From Rhina ancylostomus (Eukaryota), in contig JARFYF010000051.1 of NCBI GenBank assembly GCA_030265395.1, forward strand, positions 15,235,223-15,299,222: a stretch of DNA of 64,000 nucleotides, written 5' to 3'. The notes under the pieces were generated by a model, which ran no database searches, was not told the DNA's origin, and saw nothing but the letters and a program-made list of their open reading frames with translations. Positions 51,441 through 63,800 of this stretch are shown piece by piece. Both the position numbers and the translations under genes were made by a program. Each line of letters starts with the position of its first letter. The first letter of the stretch is position 1.

Positions 51441-54400
51441 CAAGAAATCCTCTCTTCAGAAGGGAAAATTGGGAGGAAAATTATCCAAATGAGAATATAT
51501 CCAAAATTGCTTATGATTAGAAAGTCACTGCTGCAATATGTAAACTGGTCGTGATTGGTGGTTCCGTTTTGGAATCAGCCACATTCAACCATTCACAAGT
51601 AAGTACATCCTGCACTTACACGGCTCTACCCGACAAGTCCAAGACAAGTTGAGGGACAGACTTTGATGCACTGGTTATTCTGCTTCATCGTTGGACTTCA
51701 CATGGAATCCATTGGCAGAGGTCAATCATTCTTTGATTCTGCAGCATTATGCTCGGGGATCCACCTCTACAATCTCACATCAGTCAGACCAGGAATATGA
51801 AAGGAATCCCCATTAATTTGAATAGGGATGATTTGCATGGAAGCTTGGAAGAAAAATCCATGTTTAGTTACTTTTATACTTGTTTTACTTTATTTTAATG
51901 CTTTTAGTTGCTTATTAGTTTGAACATGTTTTCAATTAATTTTACTTTTTTAAAATATTTAAAGCAATTTTAGTAGTTTTTAAAAGCTCTGTATGTCAGC
52001 TCCTGCTTTGTCAGGTACTAGGGGAGCCATCTGGGTGCTGGGCACTGGGATAAATGATGAAATTTTAAAAGATGAAAACACATAAATATGATGGAGTGAG
52101 TGGCCTTCTTTTGTGCATTAAATCTTTGATTCTGTATTCTACACTATACATCAGTTTCGATGGGGGTAATGCAGAAAACTATGGACAAGCTTTGGTAAAA
52201 GGAAAGGATTTTGTTACTTGTAAGTCAAGCTTTGATCAAAGGCAGGATGTCAGTGCAATCAATGATAATGTGCTTCTGAACAGCAAGGACGAATGAATAT
52301 TCTGGGAGGGAAAGGTGCTTCACTGACTCAGAACGAGTGGAACAAATGTGAATAAGATAGACATGCTGGAGGTGAAGTCAGCAAGATTTTTCCCCATGGG
52401 TATACCAACCATGAAAGTTGGAAGAGAAAATGATAGGACATTTGGTCTTGCCAATGAAGCAATGACTGGTGCTTCTCAGAACTTTTTGGTTCTGAGGGAT
52501 AGAATAGTGGAGAATGGTAGAGATGAGGCATTAAGTGATTTACTTCAGTCATTAAAAGTTAATGTAGTTCAAAGATAAGAGGGGTCCATAACCTTTTCCT
52601 TACTACTTTTGCATTCTCCAAAAACCAATCTTCTCATAGCAAACCATTATCTTGATACATGTTTGCATACAAAATCTGTCAAGCATATATTCTTAACTAT
52701 TTCTCTGATATGAAGAAAGACTTATTGACTAGAAAGATGAGATGAACTGGCCTGATAAGTAATGGACTGTTTTAAAAAAAATGTGTCACTTTCCCCAATA
52801 TCTGGAAATTTTGTTTCATAAAATACTCTGAAGTTTCATTTTTATGAAATTTTAGTAGATTTAAAAAGAAGTGACAAAGGAAAGAGCATTTTGTGGCGAA
52901 TATCTCTGGGGAGTTCCTTTCATGTCTTGCACAGCCACATAACTGATGTTTGATGAAGAAATTCACTGTACTCACCTTTGAGAGACCTTACTTCATGCTC
53001 CACAGGGCGAGTTTGATGGCAACAGATGATAGTTCACTTAAAGTCAGCTCTAGGGAAACAGCCCTATGTACACAAAGGGGAAATAGGCTTGAACTATCCA
53101 GGGATCCTGTTTTACTGATGGTCTCTCTGTGGAAGACCTTTTGAATGTACCGTATAGGATTGGATGTATGTTAATGAAGGAGCTTCTAGCTATGCACACA
53201 GCTGTGGGAATTCTTGCTATATATCTACTGAGTTGCGGAACCTGAATAAAGTGGAAGATGGTTCTCATATTTCCTTGGGGCCTTATTATTAAGGACATTA
53301 TATTAATGTGGATCTGAAGTTGTGTCTGGAGGGACAGCAGTGTTATTGTCACTTCTAAAATTTAAAGCAAATGTCCTCCTGTGCTTCATGCAGTCTGAAA
53401 ATAGAACATGAAAATTATTAACACTAAATCAGTTTGTGGAAGAGACTGGTAGGTGTTATATATGCAATTTACCCAGTCTAACCTTCCTCCATGCGGTAAA
53501 TGCAAGTATTTTATTCCCATGACAAACATGACCTGAATGATGAAAGGTGAGAGGCTTACGGAATTATTACAGAACTTTTATGAAAAACTGTGTTTTATTT
53601 TAGTGTCTTTTGTGGCGTGGCTTTAGTGGTATGTCTTTCCCTATGTCTCTGCTGACTGCTACTGAGGCTCATTATTGTAGGTACTTGCTGCCAAATGGTG
53701 CCCAATGCACAGATCCAGATTTTACTAGTGAGTTACTCTGGTAGACAGCTGGTGCTGAAACAATAGGCTGAATAGCCTCCTGTGTCCTAACTAGTCTGTG
53801 ATCCTACAATCATGTTCATGGGCTTCTGGAGAGTTTTACATGCAAATGTCCTAAAACCTCCAGTCACATGGATAATACATTGCTCAAGCTTTCAGTGGGA
53901 ACTTGTGTACTTGGAATCTTGAGTGAATTTTGTTTCAAATTGCTCTCCTGCTCCTGCCCAAGCACAGCCTTGGATAATGAAATCACAGAATCAGTGCTGT
54001 CACACTCTGATCCAATAAACCAGTGTTGACTGATGTGGAAATGTTCAGTTTTAAATATTAAAAAAAACTTACCTTGCATTGTTGGAGATGGAATAATCGT
54101 AAAAGTGCTACTACCAAGAATACCATATTAAGACCTGATGCTGCACAGCTGTGATCTGCTTAGTCATTCATGAACTTGGCAAATTCAGGAGTAATACTTC
54201 ATTGCATGTATATGTATTTTGATGTCTCCTTTGGCAGGGCATTGTTACTGAAATGTGATACTGTTTCTGGTGCCAACAGTAGCAGTTATAGAAATGTACA
54301 GCTTTAAAAAGATAAATTTATAACTGTGTTATTTCTTCAAAATGCTGTGCATTTGTCAAACCTCTGTTGACATTAGATTTCCAGCAGTCTATCTCTCTCT

Positions 54401-54825
54401 CTCTCTCTCTGAAAATCTTCTTTAGTTTAAAACAAAAAAAGTAAAGCAAGAATATTGGACATCTGACAAAGGGATCCATGTGAAATAGAAAAAAAAGGAA
54501 GGGTGAACAAAGTAATCCTATAAGCCTGCCCTAGTATGATTCTGCCTGATCTACCTCAGTTCTTTGTCCCACTTACTACTCAATCCCTTGATACCCTTAT
54601 TGATCCAGTCTTGAATGTATTCAACTTCTACAGTCCTCTGAGCTAGAGAATTGCTAAGATTCACAATCTTTGGTTTGAGAAAATTTCATCTCATCTTTGT
54701 ACTAAGTAGCTCTATCGGAGACACGAGATGCAGGTCTATCAGATGCTGGTCAACCTTCTGAGAACTTCTAATGTTACCTTGTTTAATAATTTATTGCAAG
54801 TTTCTCTCAGGTTGCACCGAGTCAC

Positions 54826-54855
54826 TGCTCACATTTCCACGTAACTTTTTTGCAG
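54826..54855 (+). promoter_or_regulatory. 3' splice site of the SND1 exon: putative branch point (tgctcAc), T-tract and CAG
   Basis: ctcac about 25 nt upstream of the acceptor, followed by ttttttgcag immediately before the coding exon. Confidence 0.75.
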
Positions 54856-55000
54856 GTCTGGTCAAATTATGAGGAGCAGCCAACAGAAGAAGCAGTGCTG
54901 CAAGTTGCAGAGGAGAAGGAGCGCACAACCAACTACAAGCCTGTTTTTGTCACTGAGATTACAGATGACCTTCACTTCTATGTCCAGGATGTTGAAACTG
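54856..55000 (+). CDS. SND1: Internal coding exon of SND1 (staphylococcal nuclease domain-containing protein 1, Tudor-SN/p100); end of SN4, linker and start of the Tudor-SN5 region; phase 0 start, phase 1 end
   Basis: Translates to [49 protein letters not shown]. This matches recalled human SND1 [48 protein letters not shown] with one extra residue. Flanked by ttttttgcag| (AG 54854-55) and G|gtcagt (55001). Confidence 0.97.
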
Positions 55001-56229
55001 GTCAGTACCCTTGGGCAGGAGTGTTTAAACGTGCTTACTCTTGACTAAGCTACATCTACAATATCCCTGTGAAAATGGTGTCACCAGTTATATAACAGAA
55101 GCACATACACAACATAGCAATATTGTTTTCTTCAATATTGCTAGATATAATTGGAAGTTTGGGTTACATTGGAGCGGTTTATATAGCATTCAAATGTGTC
55201 CAGTGGAAAAACAACATGTTGCACTGCTTTTGTGCACTGTGATTCTCTCAGTTAAAATTTTCTCATTTACAAGTTTAAACTTGATATTTAATTTCCATGG
55301 TGGAGTTCTTAATTGCAACTGTCATCCTGGCAGAATTTACCAAATAGCTTCATGTAATGTACTGAAAGCAATATGGTTCAATAGTGATGGTGCTTGAGCA
55401 ATAAATGTTTCACTAAGGCAATCTGTCGCTGATTTACACTGGTGTCATATATTGTATATTCCTAGAATATTTAATTACCCTTTTCAGCCAGCATTTTTGT
55501 AGTATTCTATAGTAATACATAGTTTCATAAATAAATATATAAAAGGTTTTTAGAACTTCTTGAACTGTATGATCAATCAGTCAACTATAAGTGGACAGTT
55601 GTCAGACTTTACCTTACATCCAGTTCAGAAGACAGTCCAGGTAGGTTTTTTTTGTGCAAGTGGGCAATTTTCATAGGGCAAAAGATACTGGAGTAAGAAG
55701 ATTAGCTCATGTTGTAAAAGATGAGGTTGTGAGCCAGCTTTATTCAGCCTGCAACTGATTCTGGCATGTGAACTGTGATAGTGGAAGCAGCAGGCAGTAT
55801 TTTATCTGTGAAGTTTAATGTTATCATGACATTTATTGTTGTGGGAGATGGTCTTCTTTCTGAAGAAGGTAATTAAAGTAATGGGGACAGCAAATGGGGA
55901 AATTTGGTCAATCAATGGCTAGATATTCTGAATAGCAGCTAATAAGAAATTAGTATAGGAGGTAACACAAAGTTAGGATGTCTAGCAAAGAGTTCTTTCA
56001 AAGGCATAACAAAGGGTCAAGTGGCACATTATGGAACATAGATGTCAATGCTGCTTGGCCCACTGGTCTTATATAAGATTCTCAAGTGAAACAAGATTGA
56101 TGGAAGACCAACCTATATCAGTAACTATGACTCCATACTGTAGATAGTTTGCAATTTCACCCTAACTCGGTTCACTTTTTCATTGATGATGGACAGTTTG
56201 AGACAGGTGGGGGAGCTTTCTGCCCATCA

Positions 56230-56462
56230 TTTCCTTCCCCCCCCCCCCCCGCTCCCCACTTCATCTGGTTCCACCTATACCTATCAGCCTCTGTTCTCAC
56301 CCCTCCCTCTCACTTCGAGCTATCTTCCCTCAGCACTCTCAGTCCTGATGTAGGGTCTCAATTCAAAATGTTGACTATCTCTTTACCTCCACAGATGTCA
56401 CTCAACCTGCTGAGTTCTTCCAGCCGTTAATCTTTTTGCTCCAGATTCCAGAAGCTGCAGTT
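56230..56462 (+). mobile_element. Penelope-type terminal repeat (second subfamily) with degenerate hammerhead-like core
   Basis: cagtcCTGATGTagggtctcaattcaaaatgttgact (agtc/gact stem)..ccacagatg..ctgctgagttcttccagc..ccagattccag. Confidence 0.7.
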
Positions 56463-56704
56463 AATCATGTCTCTTTCACAAGTTCTTAACCTGGGGTGGT
56501 CAGTGGAGACTTGTGCAACATCAGACCAACACTGTACTTGATGAAATGGTTGATTAATCAGTGCAGGCAGAATTTTATTCTGCTTCTAACTTTTTATTAG
56601 ACCTTATATTTTTACATTGGCACTCAACACAGAAATTCTCTTTCACAATAGTTGAGATTTTTTGAAAACATGCATTTTACAAATCAGCGGATATTTTTGA
56701 TTGA

Positions 56705-57305
56705 TTTATGGGAAGTTTACACTGCTGGGAAGGCCAGAATTTATTTCACATCCCTTAATTACTGTTGAGATATTGAGTATGAGCTATCTTCTGGAACATT
56801 GCCAACCTCACAATGCAAGTACTCCCAACAGTTGGGTAGGAGTTCCATTATTTAGGTCGAGCAAAGATGAAAAAGAGAAGTACTTCCAAAACAGATAGAA
56901 TGTGACTATGAGGGGAACTTGCAAGTGATGAATTCTGTATGCCCAATGACCTTGTCCTTCTTGATGATTGTTACAGATTTGGGAGATATTGAGGAAAAAG
57001 CCTTGGTTNNNNNNNNNNNNNNNNNNNNNNNNNNNNNNNNNNNNNNNNNNNNNNNNNNNNNNNNNNNNNNNNNNNNNNNNNNNNNNNNNNNNNNNNNNNN
57101 NNNNNNNNGGAGATATTGAGGAAAAAGCCTTGGTTAATTGCCGTTAGAGTATTTTGCAGTTGGTACATACTGCAGCCATAGTATACCAGTAGTGGAGCGA
57201 TTGACTGTCTAAGATAATGGATGACATGCTAATTAAAGATTTGCTATGTCCTGGAAGGTGTCAGACTTTTGGTGTTATTGAAATTACATATATCCAGGCA
57301 AGTTA
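56705..57305 (-). mobile_element. LINE 3' region (same family as 49880-50085), spanning a gap
   Basis: ctgggaaggccagaatttatttcacatcccttaatt..gggaacttgcaagtgatg..tactgcagcca..tttgctatgtcctggaaggtgtc. Confidence 0.65.
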
Positions 57306-58729
57306 CACTGAGCTTCTTTCAGACTAATCTTTAGAATCAAGATAATATGAGTGCAGTTAAAGTGACTGTATAGATATTAGAACAGACTAGGAACAGAAAA
57401 AACAGATTCTTCATTGCCAAGTCCTTGTTTAATTTTCCAATGAGTGATATTTTTCCAGATCCTTTGCTTAATTATTCACCCAACCACTGTAGGAAAAATT
57501 GTGTTGTGACAGATACCAATGCAGTCTGTATGAGTTCTTTCTTGAACACTTAATAGAAATTGGGCAAATGCCTTTTACTTTCCTAAAAATATGTGAATAT
57601 GGATATTTGATGGGTTAAAATTAGGATTGTTCTTGATAGGGTTTCTTTCTTCCTTTTGCCAATTCCTTTTCCCAAAGGTTAAATATCATGTCACCAGTCA
57701 CACTTTATTGACTAACCATCTGGGATAGATTCCCTTTGCTGACTGGAGCAATTCCCAGATTCATTCTGAATATCAGAATGTTGTCTACATGTTTTCTTTT
57801 GTCTCAGAACCTCCATAGTTGAAAGCCTCTAATTAGTATTATGTGGTATCTGAAAAGTGTCTTTAGCGTATGCACTTAGTCGGAAGTTTGCCACGTTAGT
57901 TCATTAGAATAAAATGTATTAAGAAGTAAAGAATTAGATGTTGAATACTGACAAGGCTTTTGAGAAATGCTGATTTCCCTATTACTATGGTACTTTTAGC
58001 TTAATTGCTTGTCCAACCGCAGTTGAAATAATTGTGTTGTGACAGAAAAACCATTGTGGTATCTTTGAGTTCCTTACTTAACTCTTTCTTGTCAGAAGCT
58101 GCAGAACTGCCTTTTCACATTCACTAAAGGTTTCTATCTTCAAGACTAGCACATTTTTAAACGAAGGAGACCATTCCATGCCTTCTGAATATAGTATAGT
58201 TTGAAATATAGCACAAAATGTCAAAAAAACTTACCTATTTTTAGAGTTTAATCTTACCTTAGTTCTCCAGAATCATATCTGTCTTGATCCCATTTTAAAG
58301 TATAAATTCCATTTCAATAATATCTAAAATAACTTATTCTTCAGTTCTTTCGGTTGTATTGAGTTGAGGGGTAAGAAAAATGGTCTTTCTTTAGTTCTTG
58401 TGTCATAAGTACTTACTTTGGGGTCCAGTCATTTGCACCAGCTAAATCACCAAAAAGTCTGGTGTTTTCCCAAGTACAAAATGAGAGAATAGAGTACGAA
58501 TCAAGGTGTGAAGGTGTCTATTTGATAGAACATTGTGGAGGAAAAAACAGTATCTAAAATTGAAATTTTGGTGTTTACATATAGAAATTTCTATCCAGTC
58601 AGCTTGTAAGATGGATATCTAGCTCAAAACTCAGGAAGTAGCAAGTTCCCACTCAAGGAGGCATAGGTTTAATGACCAACTAACTATTATCAGACATACC
58701 ATCATGATACTAACTTAATGACAAAGTTT

Positions 58730-58828
58730 TGCACTATTTATGTATGGAATGATCTCTCCGGATGGAAGTAAACAGAAGCGTTTCTCTGTACCTCAGTGCA
58801 TCTGACAATAATAAACCAATACCAGTAC
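58730..58828 (+). mobile_element. Rex1/Babar-type 3' tail
   Basis: tttctctgtacctcagtgcatctgacaataataaaccaatacca. Confidence 0.55.
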
Positions 58829-59569
58829 ATTTATGTTAGCTCCTTTCATAATGAGGCACTCTAAAGTGTTTTACAACAAAATAATTTTGAATTAGCGCAG
58901 CTCTTAAAACAAAAAATGACTGATACTGACGAAGTTCCCATGTGGCTATTGCTAACCTGGTTCTATCTCCAATGGCCACAGAAGTATGCCCCCAGACGAG
59001 TAGCAGCTTCTTCCCAGCTGTCTGTCTTGAACAGTCTTACTCTCACAACAACATCCCACAAAAAGCAATGTGGCAGTAGATTATCTGCCTTACTGGTGTC
59101 AATTGAGAGTTAAATAATGGTCCCAGGATAGTAAGTTCTATTTCTGTCTGGAGTGAAAACTGACTGTGGCATTTGTTACCATGGGTGCCAACTGGAAAAG
59201 AGCACAATCTGAATCAACTAATACTATGATAGTCTTGGAAGAGATAAAAGCAATCATTCTACCTTCAGCTACTGCTCCTCCCTATTCTGTCACCCCCAGC
59301 CACCACACCCATTTCCACTACCACTCCCCTATTGGTTAACAGTTTGTTGATGTGCATATCCTGGTCAAGTAAAGGAAAGGACATATTGCTGGAGGGCTGG
59401 AATACATTCTAGGATTGGACCAGTTCCCCTCCAGCCTTCAATTGCTTTTACTCTCAGCCATTCTTTCTAGAGTAGTGGCATCGCAGTGGTAAATATGCCA
59501 GATTTTTTCAGATAGGCAGTGGGGAAGAGCCTTCTCCTGGTCTGGTGGTAGTACTTTGGGACCAATAGA

Positions 59570-59945
59570 TTTCAAGATTTCTTTATTTGTCATTGTACTG
59601 TTGCAGGACAACAACACAACGAAATTACAATGGCACTCCCTTGCCTANNNNNNNNNNNNNNNNNNNNNNNNNNNNNNNNNNNNNNNNNNNNNNNNNNNNN
59701 NNNNNNNNNNNNNNNNNNNNNNNNNNNNNNNNNNNNNNNNNNNNNNNCTGTGTTTCAGTCTTGTGGTGTGTGCATGTATTGTCCTGTATCGCCTGCCAGA
59801 GGGGAATAGTTTAAAGAGGTGGAGAGTGGGGTGAGCTGATTCTTGGATGATGTTTAAAGCCCTGCTCTGACATTGGGCTTGATAGATATCCTCCATCATT
59901 GATAACAGAGTCCCAGTGATGTTTTGGGCCATCTTGATGACCAAT
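59570..59945 (-). mobile_element. Rex1/Babar-type LINE 3' end
   Basis: HPTLHLFKLFPSGRRYRTIHAHTTRLKH, typical of the Rex1 C-terminus; reverse tail caagatttctttatttgtcatt. Confidence 0.85.
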
Positions 59946-61611
59946 AAGCAGACTGTATCCAGTTGGTACCTACTACATTGACACCTCCTCAGTGTCAGTC
60001 ACCTCAGACACCAAGTAAGAAGCTTGACAGGACAGGCAACTTCCTGCACCGTGTACCAGGATTAACTTGAATAGTTTAATATTTGGCTAGTGTAGATATA
60101 TGCTGAGTGGCCTCATTCTGTGCTGTAAATTTCTATGGTTCAGTTGTATAATGTAGTTAGCTTTTTCTCACAAAACCCAAATGAAAACTTTAAAGCCACA
60201 TTTGATTCTTTTAGTTTAATTGTGCTAATTTTTAATGAGTTTAAAAATTCATTCAAACCTGTCTTTTTCAACCCTTCGTTTCCATTTCATCAACCGTTGT
60301 TGAAGTGATTGGATAGAATTAGCATACTGGTATGATATTTAGTTCCTTTGGCTGTAAAAGGCATCTAGTAACTCTGGTGGTCTGTGACCCTCTAGATTTG
60401 ATTTCATTGATTTTTTTATTCCCAGAGATTGCAAGAGAGTATTACTAAATTGTGTTCTGACTATCTGGAAAGCCAATTGGAAAGGCAATTGGAAAGGGAG
60501 CCACAGTAGCACATGTTATCCATATAAAACAACTTTTCTATTGAGGGATAGTACAGCATTTCTCTGTGATATTCTGGTGGGAGTCCAATGCAGTTCAATA
60601 ACTTGACCAGGCATGTAATGAAGACATTTACCCAAATTAATATATGAGGGGCTGCAAGATGTGTAGTTATGTTTGTTTAACCAGTTTTCTGACTGACCAC
60701 AACAGCAAGCTGCAAAAGATTTTTAAAAACACAGAATGAAATTGACAATTGCAGCAATTCCATTCTAGTTCACTGGTTGTGCTATGAACCTTGACCAACC
60801 TATAGTCCCACTTCAGTTAGATCTTCCAGTAATTCTTATTAGTTTAGTTTCTTGCAGCTCTGTGTTAGAGAGCATGCTGCTATAATTCATTAATCAAAAG
60901 AAGTAGAAGTGTCACTTTGAGAATGACTCTCCAGTTTATTTTCGGAAATCCATTCACTGAACTGCTCACTGACTCCCAGCCTCCAGCAATGTACTACTCT
61001 GGGTTGTTGTCCAAAAGGTGAAGTTGCTTCAGCCACCATCGAGGATCGGGGCCAGCAAAAAGCAGACAGTGTGGTTTGGTGCCTCTCACCCAACTTATAC
61101 CCTACACAGACAGCAGTGAGTTGGTTCCCTTTACTCAATATGTACTGTACCAAGCTGAGTGAAAGTAGTTAGCCTACCCTCAACATATTTTGGTGAACTA
61201 ATGCTGACGTGGCCAGCTGGAAAATACAAGTTGAAGTGAATTGTTCTGTTTTACACACAATTCTTTTCAAGAGCTCTTTTTGCTCAAGCTCAAAGGACTG
61301 AGGCCAATTGTAACCACTACTTCACTGCTCCAGCAGCATTCAGCTCACTGGTAAATAATTTGAATCTTGGACTCAGTTTATTCGTGCACTTTAGAGGATG
61401 CACTCTCAAGGCTATCATATGAATATGGCAAATGGCAACAGTGCCTATTTTAATGATGTAAGAATCTCATATATGTATATGACAGGATGTAAATCACAAC
61501 AAAACCACTAAATATTTAATTGGATAAAAACATTCTGTTCCAGTTGAATCACTGTGAAATTATTATTTATAAACTTCAATGAATGGTATTTTAGATTTGG
61601 AATAATTTGCA

Positions 61612-62060
61612 ACAACATAAATTTGTGTTGATAAAATGTCCTTAATGTTGTAAAATGTCTTGTGCCCTTCACAGGAGCATTATTGAATAAAATTGACACC
61701 AAACTCCATAATATGATATTGTGGCAGATGAGTAAAAACTTGCTAAAAGAGAGAGGTTTTGAAGAGTGCCTTAAAGGAAGCAAAGAAAAAGTAGCACAAC
61801 AGAGTCTTTAAAGGAGGTAGTGCCAGAGCTTAGGTCCTTGGCAGTTGAAGGCTGTAGTGAAGTGTTTAAATCCCTGGTGATAAAGAAGCCAGAGTTGTAA
61901 GACCAGGGGAAGTAATCAGTGGGGATGGTTGTGGCCAAGGAGGGTTTTAAAAAAGAACATAATTGAAAATCGAGGCATGTTTAATTCTGAGCCATTATAG
62001 ATTAAGTAAGAACAGGTGCAGTGATTAAATGGGATAGAGTTGAGACAGGAATGATTTGGG
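61612..62060 (-). mobile_element. L2-type LINE 3' region
   Basis: aaaacttgctaaaagagagaggttttgaagagtgccttaaagga..ccagagcttaggtccttggcagttgaaggc. Confidence 0.65.
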
Positions 62061-63111
62061 TGATCTCACATTTACTAAATAGAAGAAATCTCCATATATT
62101 GTTAAATTCCTGTTCTTAATTTATTTCAACTAGCTACCTGTGTGTTTATGTTCTTTCTGGACACTTCATGAAACCACTGTAGAAAGCTAATATTTTGTGT
62201 TTATCATTGATTTGGCAGCACCTAACATATTATCTGGTTTTGGAAGTCTTGCATAAGAAGGAAGTCAGGACCATGGGATGAGTACAGATGCTAAACATGG
62301 ATTAGGGGCTGAGACTTGTTTCAGCAAAACATTTTAAAGGAAGTTCATGTTCAGAATTGTGAAGTGCCTTGATGAATTATGTTAGGAGAGACTGTTTATA
62401 TTGACCTGAAATGAGGGAGCATAAATCTCCAAATCAAGATGAGAGATTGAAGAGTTTTTTAACAAAGAGGTCGAATGAGGATATGGAATTCTCAACTAGC
62501 AGTAGTGGTGGAAGCCCAACTCAGAAGGGAAATGGATAAATATTTGAAAAATTGAAGGTTTGAGCTCTGATCTCAAAACCAATATAATTACATTTTCTGC
62601 TTTTTAGTTTACCAAACTCTTAATTTTTCACTATTATCAGATCACTTACTAACACTTCTTGTTCCATTGAAAATTACACTGGGTTCCTTAGTTCCTTCTC
62701 ATAACTAAGACCTTGCAATCTTAATTTTAGTGTCCTTTCCCTGGCTTTGACATATTTTCCTGAGGCAGCCCTTGGTAGCTACCAGTTAGGACCTTTTGCT
62801 TAGTTACTGTCTTTTAGTTGTGCTCTGAAAGAAATATTGGTGCTTTTGTTCTTTTGGTTCATGACCAAAGCTGTGGGACAGCAGCCACAGTAAATAGTTG
62901 CTTTCACAGGACAATTAACCCAAACACCAATCGTATCAACTTGTCCATACTTTGGTTTGGTCTCGGGTTATTGTGTTTTATTTTTGTCTCCTAATGTATT
63001 AATAATATAAAGGCTCTGGAATGGTGCAGAGGAGGACCCAAATTTTAATTATCAGTTTAAAGCATTACTTATTCAGATAGACTCAAGGAATTGGACCTGT
63101 GTATTTTACAT

Positions 63112-63316
63112 AATAAAAGCAGAAAATACTGGAGACACTCAGCAGGTCAGGGAGTATCTGACGAAAAAGAAACAGAGGTACTGTTTCTCAACAAAGATCT
63201 GACGAAGGGTCTTCAACCCGAAACATTAACTCTGTTTCTCTTTCCACTGAAGCTGCCTGACCTCCTGACTGTTTCCAGCATTCTCTGTTTTTATTTTGAA
63301 TTTCCATTATTTGCAG
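63112..63316. mobile_element. Short inverted Penelope-type insertion with a central hammerhead-like core
   Basis: Left arm 63112-63178 is the reverse complement of about 63229-63297; core CTGACGA(63199-205)-a-gggt/cttca/accc-GAAA(63220-23)-ca-tt. Confidence 0.8.
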
Positions 63317-63464
63317 TTCTTAAAATTTTCATTTACTGTATGTTTTAGAGAAGTTTAAGGTTATTTGGTTAAGTTTTTTTAACAGTGTAGGGGCTAGTCT
63401 CTTGTGCAGCAATCAGCAGCTGCAAGGAAGAATCAGGGATTATGATCATAAATTAGAATAAAGA

Positions 63465-63800
63465 AAACTGAGAGGAGATTTAATTGAGGGAGTACAAAAT
63501 TATGAGAGGCCTAAACAAGGCAGATGGGAAGGACGTATTTCCCTTGGCTAAAAGGTTGATAACTCGGGAACATCAGTTTACATTAGTTGGTAGAATGATT
63601 AAACAAGAATTAAGGAAAAATGTGTTCGCTCAAAGCTCAGTGAGGTCTAGAATTCACGTATTCAAGGCGGCTGGATGAGTGCTTGAACACTAGGGAGCTC
63701 TGGAGTGGGACTAATCTAAATACTGTATTTTGGGCAGCATTGCTCCACTTTTGACATGATCAACTGAATGGCCTCAATCTGTGCCACAAATACTAGTGAT
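63465..63800 (+). mobile_element. Old CR1-type LINE 3' end
   Basis: actgagaggagatttaattgag; YKIMRGLNKADGKDVFPL..TREHQF. Confidence 0.75.

Larger units (their letters stand above)
1..54855 (+). other. SND1: Large SND1 intron upstream of the exon (5' boundary outside the window)
   Basis: No sequence encoding the expected preceding SND1 peptide (recalled as VEVEVESMDKAGNFIGWLH...) was found by eye; an exon could be hidden in an N gap. Confidence 0.75.

Noticed and set aside
55001-55044. ORF extension [13 protein letters not shown] after the SND1 exon
   Set aside because: Read-through past the GTCAGT donor; similarity to SND1 ends at ...DVETG.
56982-57135. 27-bp direct repeat ggagatattgaggaaaaagccttggtt
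   Set aside because: Identical copies directly flank a 100-N gap, which indicates an unmerged contig overlap rather than biology.
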